From Psammoneis japonica (lineage: Eukaryota): a stretch of DNA of 64,000 nt. The notes below the pieces were generated by a model, which was not told the origin of the DNA, searched no databases, and saw only the letters and a list, made by a program, of their open reading frames with translations. Below are positions 11,017-23,699 of the stretch, piece by piece. Both the position numbers and the translations under genes were made by a program. Where the stretch lies: assembly GCA_008632985.1 (NCBI GenBank), contig QPGO01000063.1:124001-188000 (forward strand). Direction: 5' to 3'. Position 1 is the stretch's first letter. Every line of letters begins with the position of its first letter.

Positions 11017-13517
11017 AGAAAGAGTTGACAAATGCAACATTTAAAATGATCAATGTCCTGATGAGGCACACTTAAAACAACAACCAAGGAATTCATCTTG
11101 TTGTCATTGTGCAAGATCCAAAAGTGGCAGACGACCTTGTGATTTGAGTCAGTGGCAAAAAAAGGAAAAATGCCCCTGGCAGATTGGTTTTGTCACCTGA
11201 CAGAGAATCAGTTGCACAAAGCTGGCATCTTAGACTTGCTGTGGGTTCCTTGTTCTTGTTCATGGAACTCACTGTTTCCCCCAGCAGTTGGAAAACTGGG
11301 GTTGTGCAAAAGATCCCAAAGACTCACTTTTAGAAGATCCAAAGGCTCACTTCAACCACAGCATGCTGCATCAATGCTCCTGTTGTGTCCCCTGCTCTCC
11401 TGCTGCAGGCAGTGCTTGATTTGCTGTGTGGTGGTTGATGAAAATTAGCAGCAATGATGTCTCTGAGCCACTTTCAAAGTGCAAGAGAAACAAAAACATC
11501 TTTGAGCTCAAGCCTTCTTGGATTGACCCCAATGACACGGGAGAAAGTGACTTCGCCAACAATGAATTGGACAATGCACTCTCCAAAATTGCAGATGAGG
11601 AGTGGGGGTGGTGCATCTTCCTGCACAAGGAAAAACACTGTTTTAGAGATTCAAGAGGTGGGAGGAAAGGAAACTGAAGGGCGGAAAACAAGAACAAGTG
11701 GTGCACACTGTGCACTTCATTGTCAAAGCAAGTGCAACCATCATGTCAAGATTGTTCAAAACCATCCAAACAACAACCAAACATTTGTGTCCCTGGCTCA
11801 TGGCTTGTCAAGGGCATGACACCAATGGGTGTGGAAGAAGTGGCCCAAACAAATTTTGAGTCTGATGAAACAGATGAGAAAGAAACACAGTTCAAACAAT
11901 TCCTGAGGACCATTTCTGTGACAAGAAAGACATGGGGACATCCAACACAGCACAGCTCCCATGTGGAATTTTGGGTGGGATTGCAACCAGGTTCAGCAGT
12001 TGCAGAAATGCAAAAAAAAGCTCAACTCGACACATTCTTTGTATGGAGTTGAAGCAACGACAGGCCTGGGACTGTCTGGAAGAGGAAGAACGTTGCCTGG
12101 GAGATTGTTTGCCAACAAGTTCATGTTCTGGGACAGAGCCTGCTGACAAATGGCCATGTGAAACTTGCAGCAAACCAAGATGTTCTGATGGGAGGAGGCA
12201 GCCACAATGCATTTTGGTGGAACCAAGCACATGATGCCATCCATTGAAAGGATTGAGTTTTTCATGCAAAACAGGCAGCATGGCACCTGTGCAACACAGG
12301 AGAGGAGCCACTCAAGTGTTCCTGTCAAGGACACACTGCTTCTGAGCTGCTTTGTCAAATTTGTCAAGGTGCAAGCAATGCCAATGAGTGAAGACAAGGG
12401 CACAGGTGTGGGCTTTCAAAACCTCCATCAGCATGGAAATCACCTCCTTTGTGTGCTTTCATGGAGTTTCTGCAAAATTGCAGGCACTTTTCAGAGTCTG
12501 GTTTTTGACATTGTGACCGTTTGAGGCATGAGACATGGTGAGAGCTTGGGGTCTTTTTGATTTGGGAGAAGCACCATCAGGCAGTTCAAAAAACCTCTGA
12601 GGAAGAGTGGTGTTTGGGCAAGTGACCCATGAGATCAGCGTGGTGCAAGCAATGTCAACAAACAGCTTTGCCACACTCATGTGAAGCTGTGTGAAAATCT
12701 CAACAAGGTGAGGGTGGCAAGGGTGTGGCAAACAATGATGCACATTGCCTTCCTGCACCAGGAGTCACCAATGTGAGACACTGCAAAGTGCTGAGGGCGG
12801 GTGAGGCCAGAGGTCCACTCAACATGTTAGTTTTTGGGACAGCTTTGTTTCTGTTGGAGATGATCTCAACCTTGTTGGTCTCCCCAGGGCTTTGAGAAGC
12901 CTTTTCTTGCTGAGTGGCATTGAGGATCATTGCATGCCCCATGGCAAGCACTGTGGAAGTGCTGGCATCTTCTGACATGTGCTTGGGTCAAAAAGGGCGA
13001 TTTCAAAAGCCTCATTGGTGCATGATGACAAGCCAGAAGTGGCTCTTGTTGGAGCAGCAGGAGGTCGTCCATGCAAAATGGCAATTTTGCCAAAGAGGTG
13101 TGCTGGTGTGGCTTTGCTGCGGGGTGACAAAGGAGTCATCATGGTGATGAAAAGCAAGCACAAACACACACGCAGAAATTGGCGCAGAACTTCCTGATGT
13201 GGCTTTGCAGAAAAGTTGCACAACGTCAATCCCAGCATGGGTTTGTTCTTGACAATGACAGTTGACTTCGTTCTGCAAAATTGATTTCACCGAATGTGAC
13301 ATTCGCAGCCGAATGACAACAAAGCCTGGTTCAGATTTCTCCTGCAACTGTGACAACAGCATGTGTCAGCAGTTACGCACCGCACTGTAGCGAAAAATGC
13401 ACAGCCAATCGCGTTTCCCGCCATCAGTCGTGGGACAACTTCAAGGAGGGTGCTGGATCTGCCAAATTCCAAAAAATCCACGGCATTTAGCTGGTATAAC
13501 ATGTGTCAACCCTCTCT
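11017..13517 (+). mobile_element. Possible degraded Mutator-like DNA transposon
   Basis: Imperfect inverted ends (11017-11034 vs 13500-13517, 15/18 match). Broken + strand coding remnants include a SWIM-like C...GI.*HVL segment near 12930-12985 and a GGRP-basic tail. No convincing TSD. Confidence 0.3.
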
Positions 13518-13789
13518 ACTCTAGTGGTCTAGAAGTTCGCCGTATCGATCACAGTAAGTTTTTTCAGTGAATCCTACGGTACGCGATCAACGTCAAGCTA
13601 GGTTGCGATTGCGGATCGTTCTTTTCTCATTTCTTTCGACAAAGCAGCTTTTTCGATACAGTTTTTGATTTGTGAACCCAAGAAATCTCGTTTTCATCGA
13701 TTTTGACGATGAAGCCGCACAACGAAAATGACGATGATCAAGTATGTGGCAGGCATCCGGCTCCACACCTTGCGGAACTCGTTTCCTCA

Positions 13790-14329
13790 ATGGATCGTGG
13801 TTGCGGCCCGACCCTTCGAAGAACGGCTAGGATCCCTTTATGCTCTCTGGTGTTACTAACCGTTTTGGCTGCAGCTTCATCTGTCACAGCTGTCCCACAA
13901 AGATCATTAGCCACCTGTGACAACTCGAGGGAAATTGGAGGCTGCTCTCTCCAGTTACTCACGGTGCCCCAGACTGACGTTCCCACGGGACACGGGTATG
14001 CTTGTTGCAGCACGTGGACCAGGGACAAATGCTTTGATGACGGAGAACATGTCGCCTATTATCTCACCAATTCGAAATACTACGATAATTGCCCCGACTA
14101 CGTGTGGCGCTGCACCAGTGAGGGTGAAGATCTGGGACTTTGTGAGGACGACGAGTGCCTCACTAGTCTAGGCTTGCCTGTGTTCTCAAAGTGCACTGAG
14201 GTTGAGAGCGAAAGCGAAGAGACTGGAGGGCTACCGCGTCAGTCAGGGAGCGGCAGTTCTTCCATGAGTCTCACCGGAACTCGCATGGTCGCCTTCCTAC
14301 TTGCTGTGTTAGGGCAGATCGCTCTCTAA
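13790..14329 (+). CDS. Small Cys-rich secreted, possibly GPI-anchored protein
   Basis: Hydrophobic N-terminal segment (IPLCSLVLLTVLAAASSVTA), Cys-rich core, Ser/Gly linker and hydrophobic C-terminus (MVAFLLAVLGQIAL). Confidence 0.7.
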   Translation: MDRGCGPTLRRTARIPLCSLVLLTVLAAASSVTAVPQRSLATCDNSREIGGCSLQLLTVPQTDVPTGHGYACCSTWTRDKCFDDGEHVAYYLTNSKYYDNCPDYVWRCTSEGEDLGLCEDDECLTSLGLPVFSKCTEVESESEETGGLPRQSGSGSSSMSLTGTRMVAFLLAVLGQIAL

Positions 14330-14889
14330 TCCCGTGAGTTCTAAACAATACCAGGGTAACTGTGTAGTGAACCACGCCATGTGACCTTTTTTGTTAAAAT
14401 AAATCGTGCCACATTATGCCCTTTAGTCAGAGCCTTTTCTTTCATTGAGCAAGGCGTTTGTGTATGATGTCAACCGCTGGCTTGATGATTGCAAAATGTA
14501 TTGCTTTGGAGCAGAGTGTCGGTACTCTTGAAGGAGTTGCATCTTTGGCCATGGTTCAACGTTGCTATTGTGAACTTCTTTTTCACAAATTTCACGTCGC
14601 TGAGAACTATGTGGTCTAGAACTGACTGTAGAGAGACTGAGCATACTTCTTTTAGCATTGAAAAAGGCTACTCGTATTCCTGGTTTATCAAACAAGGTAT
14701 GGTTATTTATTTCTTAGTCTGAGTTGAATTCCTTCTGAGCTATGTTCAATTTATCGTTTTCACCCAAACAGCCGGAACACCAACTGTCCCGTTCCCTAAA
14801 AGGTTCGAAGAAAAAGAGGTCTCAGACCTGCAAGAATGCGCGGGTAGCAGAAACTGGTGAGAAAGCCCCCCGTAAGAGGTAGTCCCAGC

Positions 14890-15450
14890 GAGTCCGAGCG
14901 AGTGGTCACGGAGCTCATAAAGAATCTCCTCCATCTCGAAAGCAGCCGTGATGGTCTCGACAGTCCCATGAGGGACTCCAAGGTAATTCTGCGCGGCCAC
15001 AAATACGTCGCTCTAGAGAGCCTTGATTCGAGATGGATCTCGAGCTTTGGAATGCAAAAGTACGTTCCCGTGTCGTTGTTGATGAGAAGATGGACGTTGT
15101 GGAAAAGGTACCAAACAGCCCAAAAGTTGAAGATGGATCCAACTTGCCCATTGACCGTGATGTTTGTCTCGTCAAGATGCCAACCACGCTGACGAACAAA
15201 GAGAACCGACGTGTACCTTGCCATTGATGGAGCTTGTGTACGCAACTGTACCACGAACGGCGTCGATCAGATTCTTCTGTCCTTTTGTGAGATTTGACCT
15301 GGTCGAGTCCTCACAGTCAGCCATGGCCACTGAGGCCGTTAACGATCATCTTTCGATCGACGGGATCTGTGGTTTCGACAGGACGGTCCTGAAGCTTGTG
15401 GGGAACGGGACATCGTTACACAGTTGCATTGTTCTGATTTATTTCGGACC
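14890..15450 (-). pseudogene. Malate synthase fragment (pseudogene)
   Basis: Frameshifted motifs with small deletions: [71 protein letters not shown]. Truncated at both ends. Confidence 0.85.
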
Positions 15451-15802
15451 ATGACAACTGGCTAAGTCAGCAGTCATGTTTATCAGAGTCCAGCATTTGT
15501 GGGCGGAACGACGAAACCAAATCTTGAGCAGTTAAACTGTCTGTAAGTCAAAATGTAAATTTTTGGGCTCGAGTGCTCTTTCTTTGCAAGCATGTCATTC
15601 GAGACGTGCCACCCAAGACGTGGAGAATTTTCTAACTGGTCCTTCTCAAGCACGTTGGGGATCGGCTCACTGTCGTCACTCTAGTCATTCTTACGCTATA
15701 TATTTAGGATCAAAACCAGCCACATGGCCACGCACACCCCTCTTCTCCCTGCATAACGAATGCGCTAGAAAGGAAAATAAGTCTCAGAAATTAGCAATCT
15801 GC

Positions 15803-18800
15803 CTATCTGCTTCCCAACGACTTTCGGGGGATCCTTTGCTTCAAAAGAGACAACGGCGTATCATCTTCGTCAGCATTGTCATTCACCTCGGTAACCTCCT
15901 CCTCGGGTCGGGTTACTGCTGCCTCCGTATTGGGACACAGCATCGCAACCGCGGCGCCCGATTCTTTCTCCTCAGATGACTTTGCCACTGGATCCATTTC
16001 GTCGTCAAGTGATGCTTCTGTCTTGGAATTCAATTCCTCGACCGTGTCGTCCAAATCTTTCGCGTTCCTTTCGAGCTCCGTGTCTTGATTCTGATGCTTT
16101 AGGTCGCTTTGCGTTTCTGCGGATCTAGTTCGAGGCGGAGATCCGCGTCCATCTTCTTCTGGTGCCTCTTCTGACGTCGGAGGATTCAGTGCCTCGACCT
16201 CGTCGCCTAGTCTTCTCATTGTCAATCCAATCTCCATATTAGCCGTAGGATTCGATATCGGCAGATTTTCTTCCACTTCGTCGGCGGGAATCATTTCCGC
16301 AGGCTTCCTTGGTGGTCTACCACGTCGTTTTTTCGCTGGCGAAGCTTTCGAAATCTCTTGAGAGTCATCAGGCACGAACTCTACAGCTCTCTTTGCCCTT
16401 GCTTTCCTTCCGGGATGGCCCCTTCTCTTGGTAGATGATTCCTCACCCACAATCACATCCCCTTCGTCGACGGCCTGCACCCTTCGTTTTCGGTCCGGTC
16501 TACCGGGTCGCCTCTTCAACGGCTTTACTTGCAAGGCACCGTCAATCTCGTCCGATTCTGCGTTAGCCGTTGGCTTCCTCCCTGGTCTACCAGGTGACCG
16601 ACCTTTCTTCTTCTGACTTCCTTGTGGTGAAGGTGAGAGTGGATTCTTCGGTGGCCGCCCCGTTCTTTTCGGTGCTCCTTCCGGTGTTGATGCCTTCTTG
16701 TTTTTCTTGGGTGCCTTCTTTTTCGTTTTCTTCACAGGTTTAGACGCCGTTTGGTCTTTCAGGATTTCCTCTAGAGGAATAACAGTGCCGTCGTCCCTAC
16801 GTACAGGCTGGAGGAAGTCGTCGATCTCGGCCACAGATTTTTCAAAAACTTCTCCTTCGCACAGATCCTGTTTTCCGGGCAATGGACGATTTCCGAGTTC
16901 ATACTTTGGTGTTTTATCGCTAATGTGGATACAGCCTGCACTATGCGAGACCGGGATCTTGTCGTCGCCGAACCCAAGCAACCTGGACTTAGACCGATAC
17001 GCGCGACCAACTAAAAGAAGCACAAAGCAATCATTACAATTGTAAGAGCACGTCGACAACAAAGGAATTTCAACAAAGAAAACTTACGCCAGTCAGCAAA
17101 AAATTCAATCTCGACCTGTGGCAGTGGTCCTACAAGACTCTTAGTATGCAATAGCGATCGCAACGCCTTGTCAAGTGCAACCCTGTCGTCGCCCTCATGA
17201 ATGTCGAAATCGCGGTTTCTCAAGGCAGCTCCCAGAGCTGCGAGACGGCATCTTCTAGCGTCGCTGCATCGACTTTCCGGCGTGCTCTCTACGATTTTCA
17301 ATTGCTCTTTTGTCATGTTTTCTTCTTTTTCTCCGGGTTCGAGCAAGGGCTCCCAGTTATCACCAAAATTTACCCACCACTCAGCCCATCTCCAAGCCCA
17401 CCCGAGACACTGCATGACTCTGATTGCAGCATTCAGCAACCTTGATGCATGAGCTACACTCATTGGCTGCGACACGCTCGTCAATTTCTTTCCAGCGCGC
17501 AGCCTCTCTAGCTCGATGAGGTCTTCGAGTTTAGCTCGGAAAGCAAATTCGTTTCCAGAATGACGAAAGCACCTGGCATAGAATTCATAGCACCCACCGT
17601 AGGCCTGCCTGTCTTTCACTTCAAAGCCAGCCTGTCTTGCACACGTGACGTGCATGTAGAATTGACCGCGAGCCTGAGAATGATCTCGGCAGCCCTCTTT
17701 GTCACATTTTACTTTAATGCCACGAGCCTGGCAACAGAGAAGACATCTATGGTTGCCAAGAATATGCCCTCGTCCATTACTCATGATAATGTTGGTACAA
17801 TTGACTCTACCATTCTCGTCTACGTGAACAGCATCATTTTGCCACCTTCGTCGGCACGTCAACAGCATCAAGTGAGTGACACAAAACCACAATTATCTTT
17901 GTAAGGTCAACCTCAAAAATACGTACATTGTGCAAAGGGGGTGATTCCAGAGCTTCTGGCGGAAAAGAGTTTTCTCGAATTCCTTTGGATTCCTCGCCCA
18001 GTAACCCTTCTTGGTAACAGGAACAGCGAACCCTTCTCTCATCCATCCACCTTTTTGAAAGCACATATGGCATTGTGGTGGTTGCACGTCTTCTTCTGAT
18101 GCTGCGTTTTGTTCGAGAAATGTACAAGGCAAGCATGTATATTCCTTGCCTTTCTCAACGCCATCCGTAGGGAGCACGCATGAATCGCAGAAAACCACAG
18201 AGCAAACGCGACATCGCGTCAAGTTCAAGCCATCGGGCTCGCATTGGTGGCACACCTCGCATCGAACTCCGTGCAACTTCTCCGCCAAGAGGCTTTCGAG
18301 AAATTCTCTCTCGTAATGCGGATCTGCAAGGAATCGCTTTCGCTCTTTACCAGACATTTTGTTGAACTTTGGCGGTCGCGGCGGGGGATCGGGTTCAGCT
18401 GGTAGCTCTTGTGCAGCTCGAATGAGCTGCTCTACAGTTGTCTTTCCAGACGGGGCATCATCAAGATCAATGTCTGAGTGAGCCGGACAACAGAGAGTCC
18501 AGGGCTTGTTCTCGACGGGCCCACTCGCGTTTTCTCCGTGCGTCACAGTACACAGGCCAGTGGCTCTTGCGCAACTAACATGTAGCCACTTTGAGCAACC
18601 TTCAACTCGGCACTGGTTGAATGCACCACGTTTGCCAAGGCATAAAACGCATTTCGGCCTTGGAGACAAATGGCGAAATGTTTCGCATAACTCTTTCACA
18701 CTCTCGACAATTTTTCTATCAGTATCGACGAAGCCCAAGCCCTGCCATTTCGCGCAGACTACGTGAACCCACTTGGCATCAACTGTGTCATTATCGTCAC

Positions 18801-21800
18801 CTGCATCTGGCTTCGGTGTGGATGTACGGTAAAAGGCTCCTTGCTTTCTTGGGCACAGCTCGCAACGGATTGGGAGCGGAGAGTTTCTCGTTGATACGGC
18901 TGGCACACGCCGTTCTAGTTGCTTGGCGACGGTTTGACCATCCTTGTCCCGGCCAAAGTATTTGCATGCCACGCAGTAGTAGTCACCTTCTGGCACCTCT
19001 TCAACGCCATAACACATTTGGTGTACAGCGACGTTGCATGCCTCGCAAAACAGAATTTGGTTGTCTGGCGTCACCTCCCCGTCGGCACAAATATCACATA
19101 CTGCGTTCATGTCTTGTTCAAGCTGCTGTTGCCAAATGCGGTCGGCTTCTCGACGTCGTTCCAATACAGATTGATAGTTGTTCAACGTTTTGTTGCGGGA
19201 AACCCGCAAGGTGTCAACTTCGGGGTGTTCAAACGCCTTGCGCTCGTCGATTGTGCTCTTGAGCAGGGAACGTAGCTTGGGTTCAAAACCGCTTTCCAAG
19301 GAAATAAGCTGCTCTTGTTTCTCCTTTAGTTTGCGTAGAATTTCATTCTCGTGCGAGTCTTTGCATCCAGCTTCCTGGGTCGCCGCTGTTCCCTTTACAG
19401 GAAAGACTCGAAACACATTCCACTGGGGATCAGTCGTAAAGGTACTCGTGAAAGGTTTGGGCTCATCTTTTTGCTTGTTCTTCTCGTCGTCTAGAACGTA
19501 CAGCTCCAGAGGTGGTGACGTTGGCGTTGGTAGGCAGGCACGAATGCCAAATGAAGCATCTCTCGCTTTCTGACTGGCAGCTGAATGGTATCTACCTACT
19601 TTTTCTTCTGACTTTCGATTCGAGGACAGGGGACTCTTACGCGCTTCCGGTACTGCAGAAGCTAGCGCCTGACACGCTTTGGCTTGGGAAACATTGGGAA
19701 GACGCACCAACATGCGCTCTCGTTGCAGCGTGTCTTGCGCCGATACAGATGGGCCCTTTTCTACAACAGCGGTGTCCTTTCCCGCTTTCTTTTGACAATG
19801 GATCAGAAAGGCGTATCGGTAGCTACAATTGTGCAAATCACAGACAACCGGTGAGCAAGTCAGGCTCTTTTCTCGAGAATCATGTTGATTTCTAGCCTTG
19901 ATGGACGACATGCGGAAGTAGGATTGAAACCATGGAATAGAAGCGTTTGGGATTTGTGAAATGCCATACCAAATGTTGCATCTCCTGGCATGCTCCAACA
20001 TCAACGCAGTGAGCACTAGCGCGGCAGGATTGGCAAGTTCGTGTTCAAATGGCCCCAAAAGAGATTCTTGAGAAGACCCCTCGTCGCCGGACTTGTCATC
20101 GGAAGCAACGGTTGTATCGGGTTTCGTTGACTTCTTTTCAATCACGTTCGTTGAACCGTTCTCCTCGTCCTTACTCGAGTCGGGGTGCGACGCGTCTGCA
20201 CTTTCGGGATCAACAAGACGAGTCTGGCCCTGCTTCTTCGTATGGCTTGGTGGAGACTTCTCTGGTGGACCGTCACGGGCTTGTTCACCCCTACTTTCGT
20301 TCGCGGACAATGCTGTCTCTGCGGAAGGCTCGGAGTCGTCCGTATTCTCTTGCGGATCTCCCTCCGTAGCACCATTTCTGGCTGGATCATCCTTTAAGTC
20401 ATGGTCCTTGTTGGCGTCACTGGTCTTGTGAGCCGCATCCGTACACAGTTCCATGCCTGGACAATACACACGCTCCAGACTGAGAACCAGTTCCGATACT
20501 TTATTTTTCCGTTTCGTCACGGGATCGGTTTCCGCCATACCAAACCATTGAAGCCTGTAATGGATAAATCCTCTTGGGGAACCCTTGTATCGCGCCAACC
20601 ACACAAACTCTCCGGCACTTTTGAAGGAACGTGCCAGCGATTTTTGTTCATCGTCGCTCTTGTCACGCAATAGCTGAAGTGCGTCCACCTGGTCCTTTCG
20701 TGATTGGCACGGTGCAAACGACCAGTCCTTGTCCACAATGCCATGCTCTTGTGCAAACAGAATGCAGTCTTTTGGCACGTCCTTGATGTTGCCATACGAA
20801 CCCGTGGATACCGGTGTCAAGCGTGACGGTTCAAACGAGGTGCAAATTTCACGATAGACGGGATCCAGATAATCCAACAAGCGGTCCGTGGTGTCATCCT
20901 CATCCGTGCCATCAGTAGAGGTATCATGACTGTCACGAACACACCGGTCATACCAGCCTTGACGGATCGGCTCCGGAATTTGGGTCCAAACCTTGTCTTG
21001 AACGAGTTGCACCGTGTCCGGGTCGAGTTCCAATACTTGCTTGGGAGCCACGGGAGGAACATCAAATCCCAAAAGCCTCGCAGAGTAAGCCAAGGAAAAA
21101 GTATCGGGTCGTGGCTCATACAACTCACTCCACTTGTATAATTCGGCACCATTGGGAATACACTCGGGCGGAGGGTTTGTCTGATTCAGAGGGAACTGTG
21201 GTAAATCCAGCAACGGATTCACAACACGATTGGGAAAGTCGTCTGCAATCCTGACAAGCCGTTGTCTTTTTGTCGGCACAGCAGCCGCATTTGTGGTCGT
21301 TTTCTTTCTCGACGGTCGACCACGCTTCCTCTTGGTTACGGCTCCTCGTCGATCGGTTGTAGCTTGTCCGTCCGTGGTATCCGTGGGTGACGCCGACGAC
21401 GATCTGCGTCGCTTGCTCTTGGCGGAGCTGCTGCGTTTCTTGGATGGAACGCGTGACTTGGATGCCGTCTGAAGCTGTTGTCGCTGTTGTTCAGGCTGCT
21501 GTTGTTGTGGCGGCCGCGGATAAGGCGGAGGCATTGGTATGTGCCCCGGCATAACTGGAAAAGCAGGCTGAGGAGCCATGATGGGCGCCACGGGAGGATA
21601 CTGAAACGTGTTCCAATGCTGATGCATAACTTGACCCATTGCTATCACATTTGTTGCTATTGGTCGTGATTGAATCGCCGTATTATTGTTGCTACTGTTC
21701 CTTACGTTGTTGTACACCAACTGCTGCTGCTGCTGCTGTATGAACGAAACACTCGGAGTCGGCGCTGCTTCTGTTGCACTTCCGCTTAATCCTTGTGTCG

Positions 21801-21903
21801 ATTGAACAGTTCTAGAAGAAACAGGAGCTTGTATGGAGGACTCGGGTGGTAGACCTGGCGGCGGTTGTTCGCCGTTGCCGCTTGGCGGTGTCGCCATGGT
21901 CAA
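15803..21903 (-). CDS. BRPF/JADE/NTO1-like PHD-zinc knuckle-ePHD (PZP) chromatin protein, 3 exons
   Basis: CDIC.DGE...NQILFCEACNVAVHQMCYG...CELCP..GA...WVHVVCA...C..C...GA..QC....C..WLH.SCA, a second PHD/ePHD set and AT-hook-like GRP repeats. GT-AG introns at 17926-17846 and 17087-17011 join the three ORFs in frame. Confidence 0.92.
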
Positions 21904-21959
21904 TGGGTGATGGGTGCTGAATGCCGCACTCCGAACTGGAACTGCCGGGAAAAAGATGT

Positions 21960-22330
21960 GGTGAAACAGGTACTTGTTCTACGTAGGTTTCTACGTAGTG
22001 GTTTGGAGGGAACCCGGAACTTTGGTTCTAGCTGTCTCTCTGCTACTTATTACATGTTATTAGTAGAAGTACCGCGTGCTCTCTACAGTACACTATGAGT
22101 AGACCTCTCTCTCTAGTAGTCTAGCTAGAGAGCTACTCTCTCTACTATTCATAGCAGCTAGTAGAATAAAGAGTGGAGTAGCTACTCTAGCTACTGTAGA
22201 GTAGAGCCCCACCGGTATCGTAGCTCTAGCTCTAGAGGACACGTTTTGGCTTCCGACATGAAAAAATTGAAAATGTCACATCGCTCGATAATTTGTTGAG
22301 CCTTTTAGTACTGTAGAGAGAACAGGCTGT
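21960..22330. promoter_or_regulatory. TAG/CTA-rich low-complexity upstream region of the PHD gene (copies at ~27670-28020 and ~33390-33740)
   Basis: Dense CTAG/TAGAG/CTACT/CTCTCTA motifs directly upstream of the start codon. Regulatory role inferred from position only. Confidence 0.35.
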
Positions 22331-22781
22331 CACAAAAGCTGTACGCTACAAGATAGAGATCTACTGCACATGGCAACACAACAGTCAGTGTTAGCCAGGT
22401 TGTTGCTCTCGCAAGCTGTTCGCTCGGCAGCTCCCTCTAGAGAGAGACCAGTCTTGAGCTTTCAGTTCTTTAGATAAACAAGGCCTACGTTACGACCTAT
22501 TGTACACGAAGAAAGACAAGGATCAATGAAAACTAAACGATTATGTATGTGGAACGAAACTGACCCAAAACATTTGGATAGCAAAGAGAAGAAGCGGTTG
22601 ATTTGTTGCCAAAAATTACGATGATATAATCAAGGAGGACAGCCATTGTACTGGTTTTAGAGAAACAAAGAAACTGTTTGACTGTAAAAATCATTATTCT
22701 AAAACACAAGCACTTGTTCGACTATGTCATGAAAGGCATCTGCGAATTGAAACACCGGTCCACCTACTTCCCGCCTTCCGA

Positions 22782-23699
22782 CTATCCATCCTGATTGGCT
22801 GCGATCTTGTTCAGCTTTTCAAGGATTTGCCCGTTCTGCGCTTTCAGGAAATCATTCTGCGCCTTCAGGAACTCATTCTGCGCCTTCACGAAATCAATCT
22901 CTTTCTTCAGGTTAGTATGAGCCTTCTTGTTTTCTTTCCTCACCTTTGCGAACTCTTCCTTCACTTCCTTTCTCGTGCTGAAGAAGACGGTGACGGTAGC
23001 CAATGGCGATACAACTTTTGCGATGAGTCCACAAATTGCTCCTCCAAAGCTCAAAATTTGTGCGACGGTATACACACCGATGCCGATAATGGGAATGGAA
23101 AAATTGCAGCACTGTTCGTCCGCCGTTTCCTCTCCCTCTTCCTCGTCGTCGTCATTCGGAGCTGTGTCGGTCGCCGGTACAGCCGTTTCGATGCCAACGG
23201 TAGTTGAAAACTGGCTCGAAGACGCGGTGCGAGTGGAGTTCGCGTCCTCGTCTTCCTTCTTGATGCCGCCCTCGGTAGCTTTTCCGTCCCCGAGCGAAGG
23301 TGGAGAAGTGGCATCCTCTGCTAGGGTGCTGGAAGATGCATTGCTTGATTCTTCAAGAGTAACGGCAGGATGCTCTTCTTCTTCTTCTTGAGGAGGAACC
23401 ACGAAAACAGCAGCAGGTGGGCGCGAACCATCGTCACCCCCAGTTGCTGTAGGAGCAAGAGTCATGCTGGGACTATTCTCTTTTCCAGGCTTTGGTGGAT
23501 TCAAAGTAGCGTTAGACGTTCGAAACAAGTCGGATTCGTTCAGAGTCTTTTCGATGGCAACAAGAGGGGATCGGCGAGTCGTCGTCCCCGCTTCGGCACG
23601 TGCTGGAGAAGACCTCGCTTGCAACTTAGAATCCCCGAAGCGTGGGAACGGCTTCGCATACAAAGGCTTCCTTGCGTTTACGTGATTTTCCTTGTTCAT
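22782..23699 (-). CDS. Orphan family X, copy 1: disordered acidic N-terminus, hydrophobic segment, C-terminal heptad coiled coil
   Basis: Single-exon ORF from ATG 23699 (MNKENH). A TAG replaces the CAG of copies 2 and 3, shortening it by 6 aa. Confidence 0.75.
   Translation of the reverse strand: MNKENHVNARKPLYAKPFPRFGDSKLQARSSPARAEAGTTTRRSPLVAIEKTLNESDLFRTSNATLNPPKPGKENSPSMTLAPTATGGDDGSRPPAAVFVVPPQEEEEEHPAVTLEESSNASSSTLAEDATSPPSLGDGKATEGGIKKEDEDANSTRTASSSQFSTTVGIETAVPATDTAPNDDDEEEGEETADEQCCNFSIPIIGIGVYTVAQILSFGGAICGLIAKVVSPLATVTVFFSTRKEVKEEFAKVRKENKKAHTNLKKEIDFVKAQNEFLKAQNDFLKAQNGQILEKLNKIAANQDG

Larger units (their letters stand above)
2550..13370. other. Degraded transposon/foreign-DNA block, strongly TpA-depleted and largely CpG-depleted
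   Basis: TA dinucleotides are rare throughout and TG/CA are abundant. ORFs are Tyr-poor and Cys/His-rich. Boundaries are approximate; TA returns before ~2550 and after ~13370. Confidence 0.85.

Noticed and set aside
2550..13370. Dense overlapping Cys/His-rich ORFs suggesting novel metal-binding proteins
   Set aside because: TpA loss removes TAA/TAG stops and converts Tyr to Cys/His, which generates spurious ORFs in all frames.
13515..13535. CTAG motifs as a Helitron 3' end closing the degraded block
   Set aside because: No clear GC-rich subterminal hairpin and no Rep/helicase remnants identified.
14845..14880. TGEKAPRK resembling the histone H3 tail
   Set aside because: Too short and no histone fold follows.
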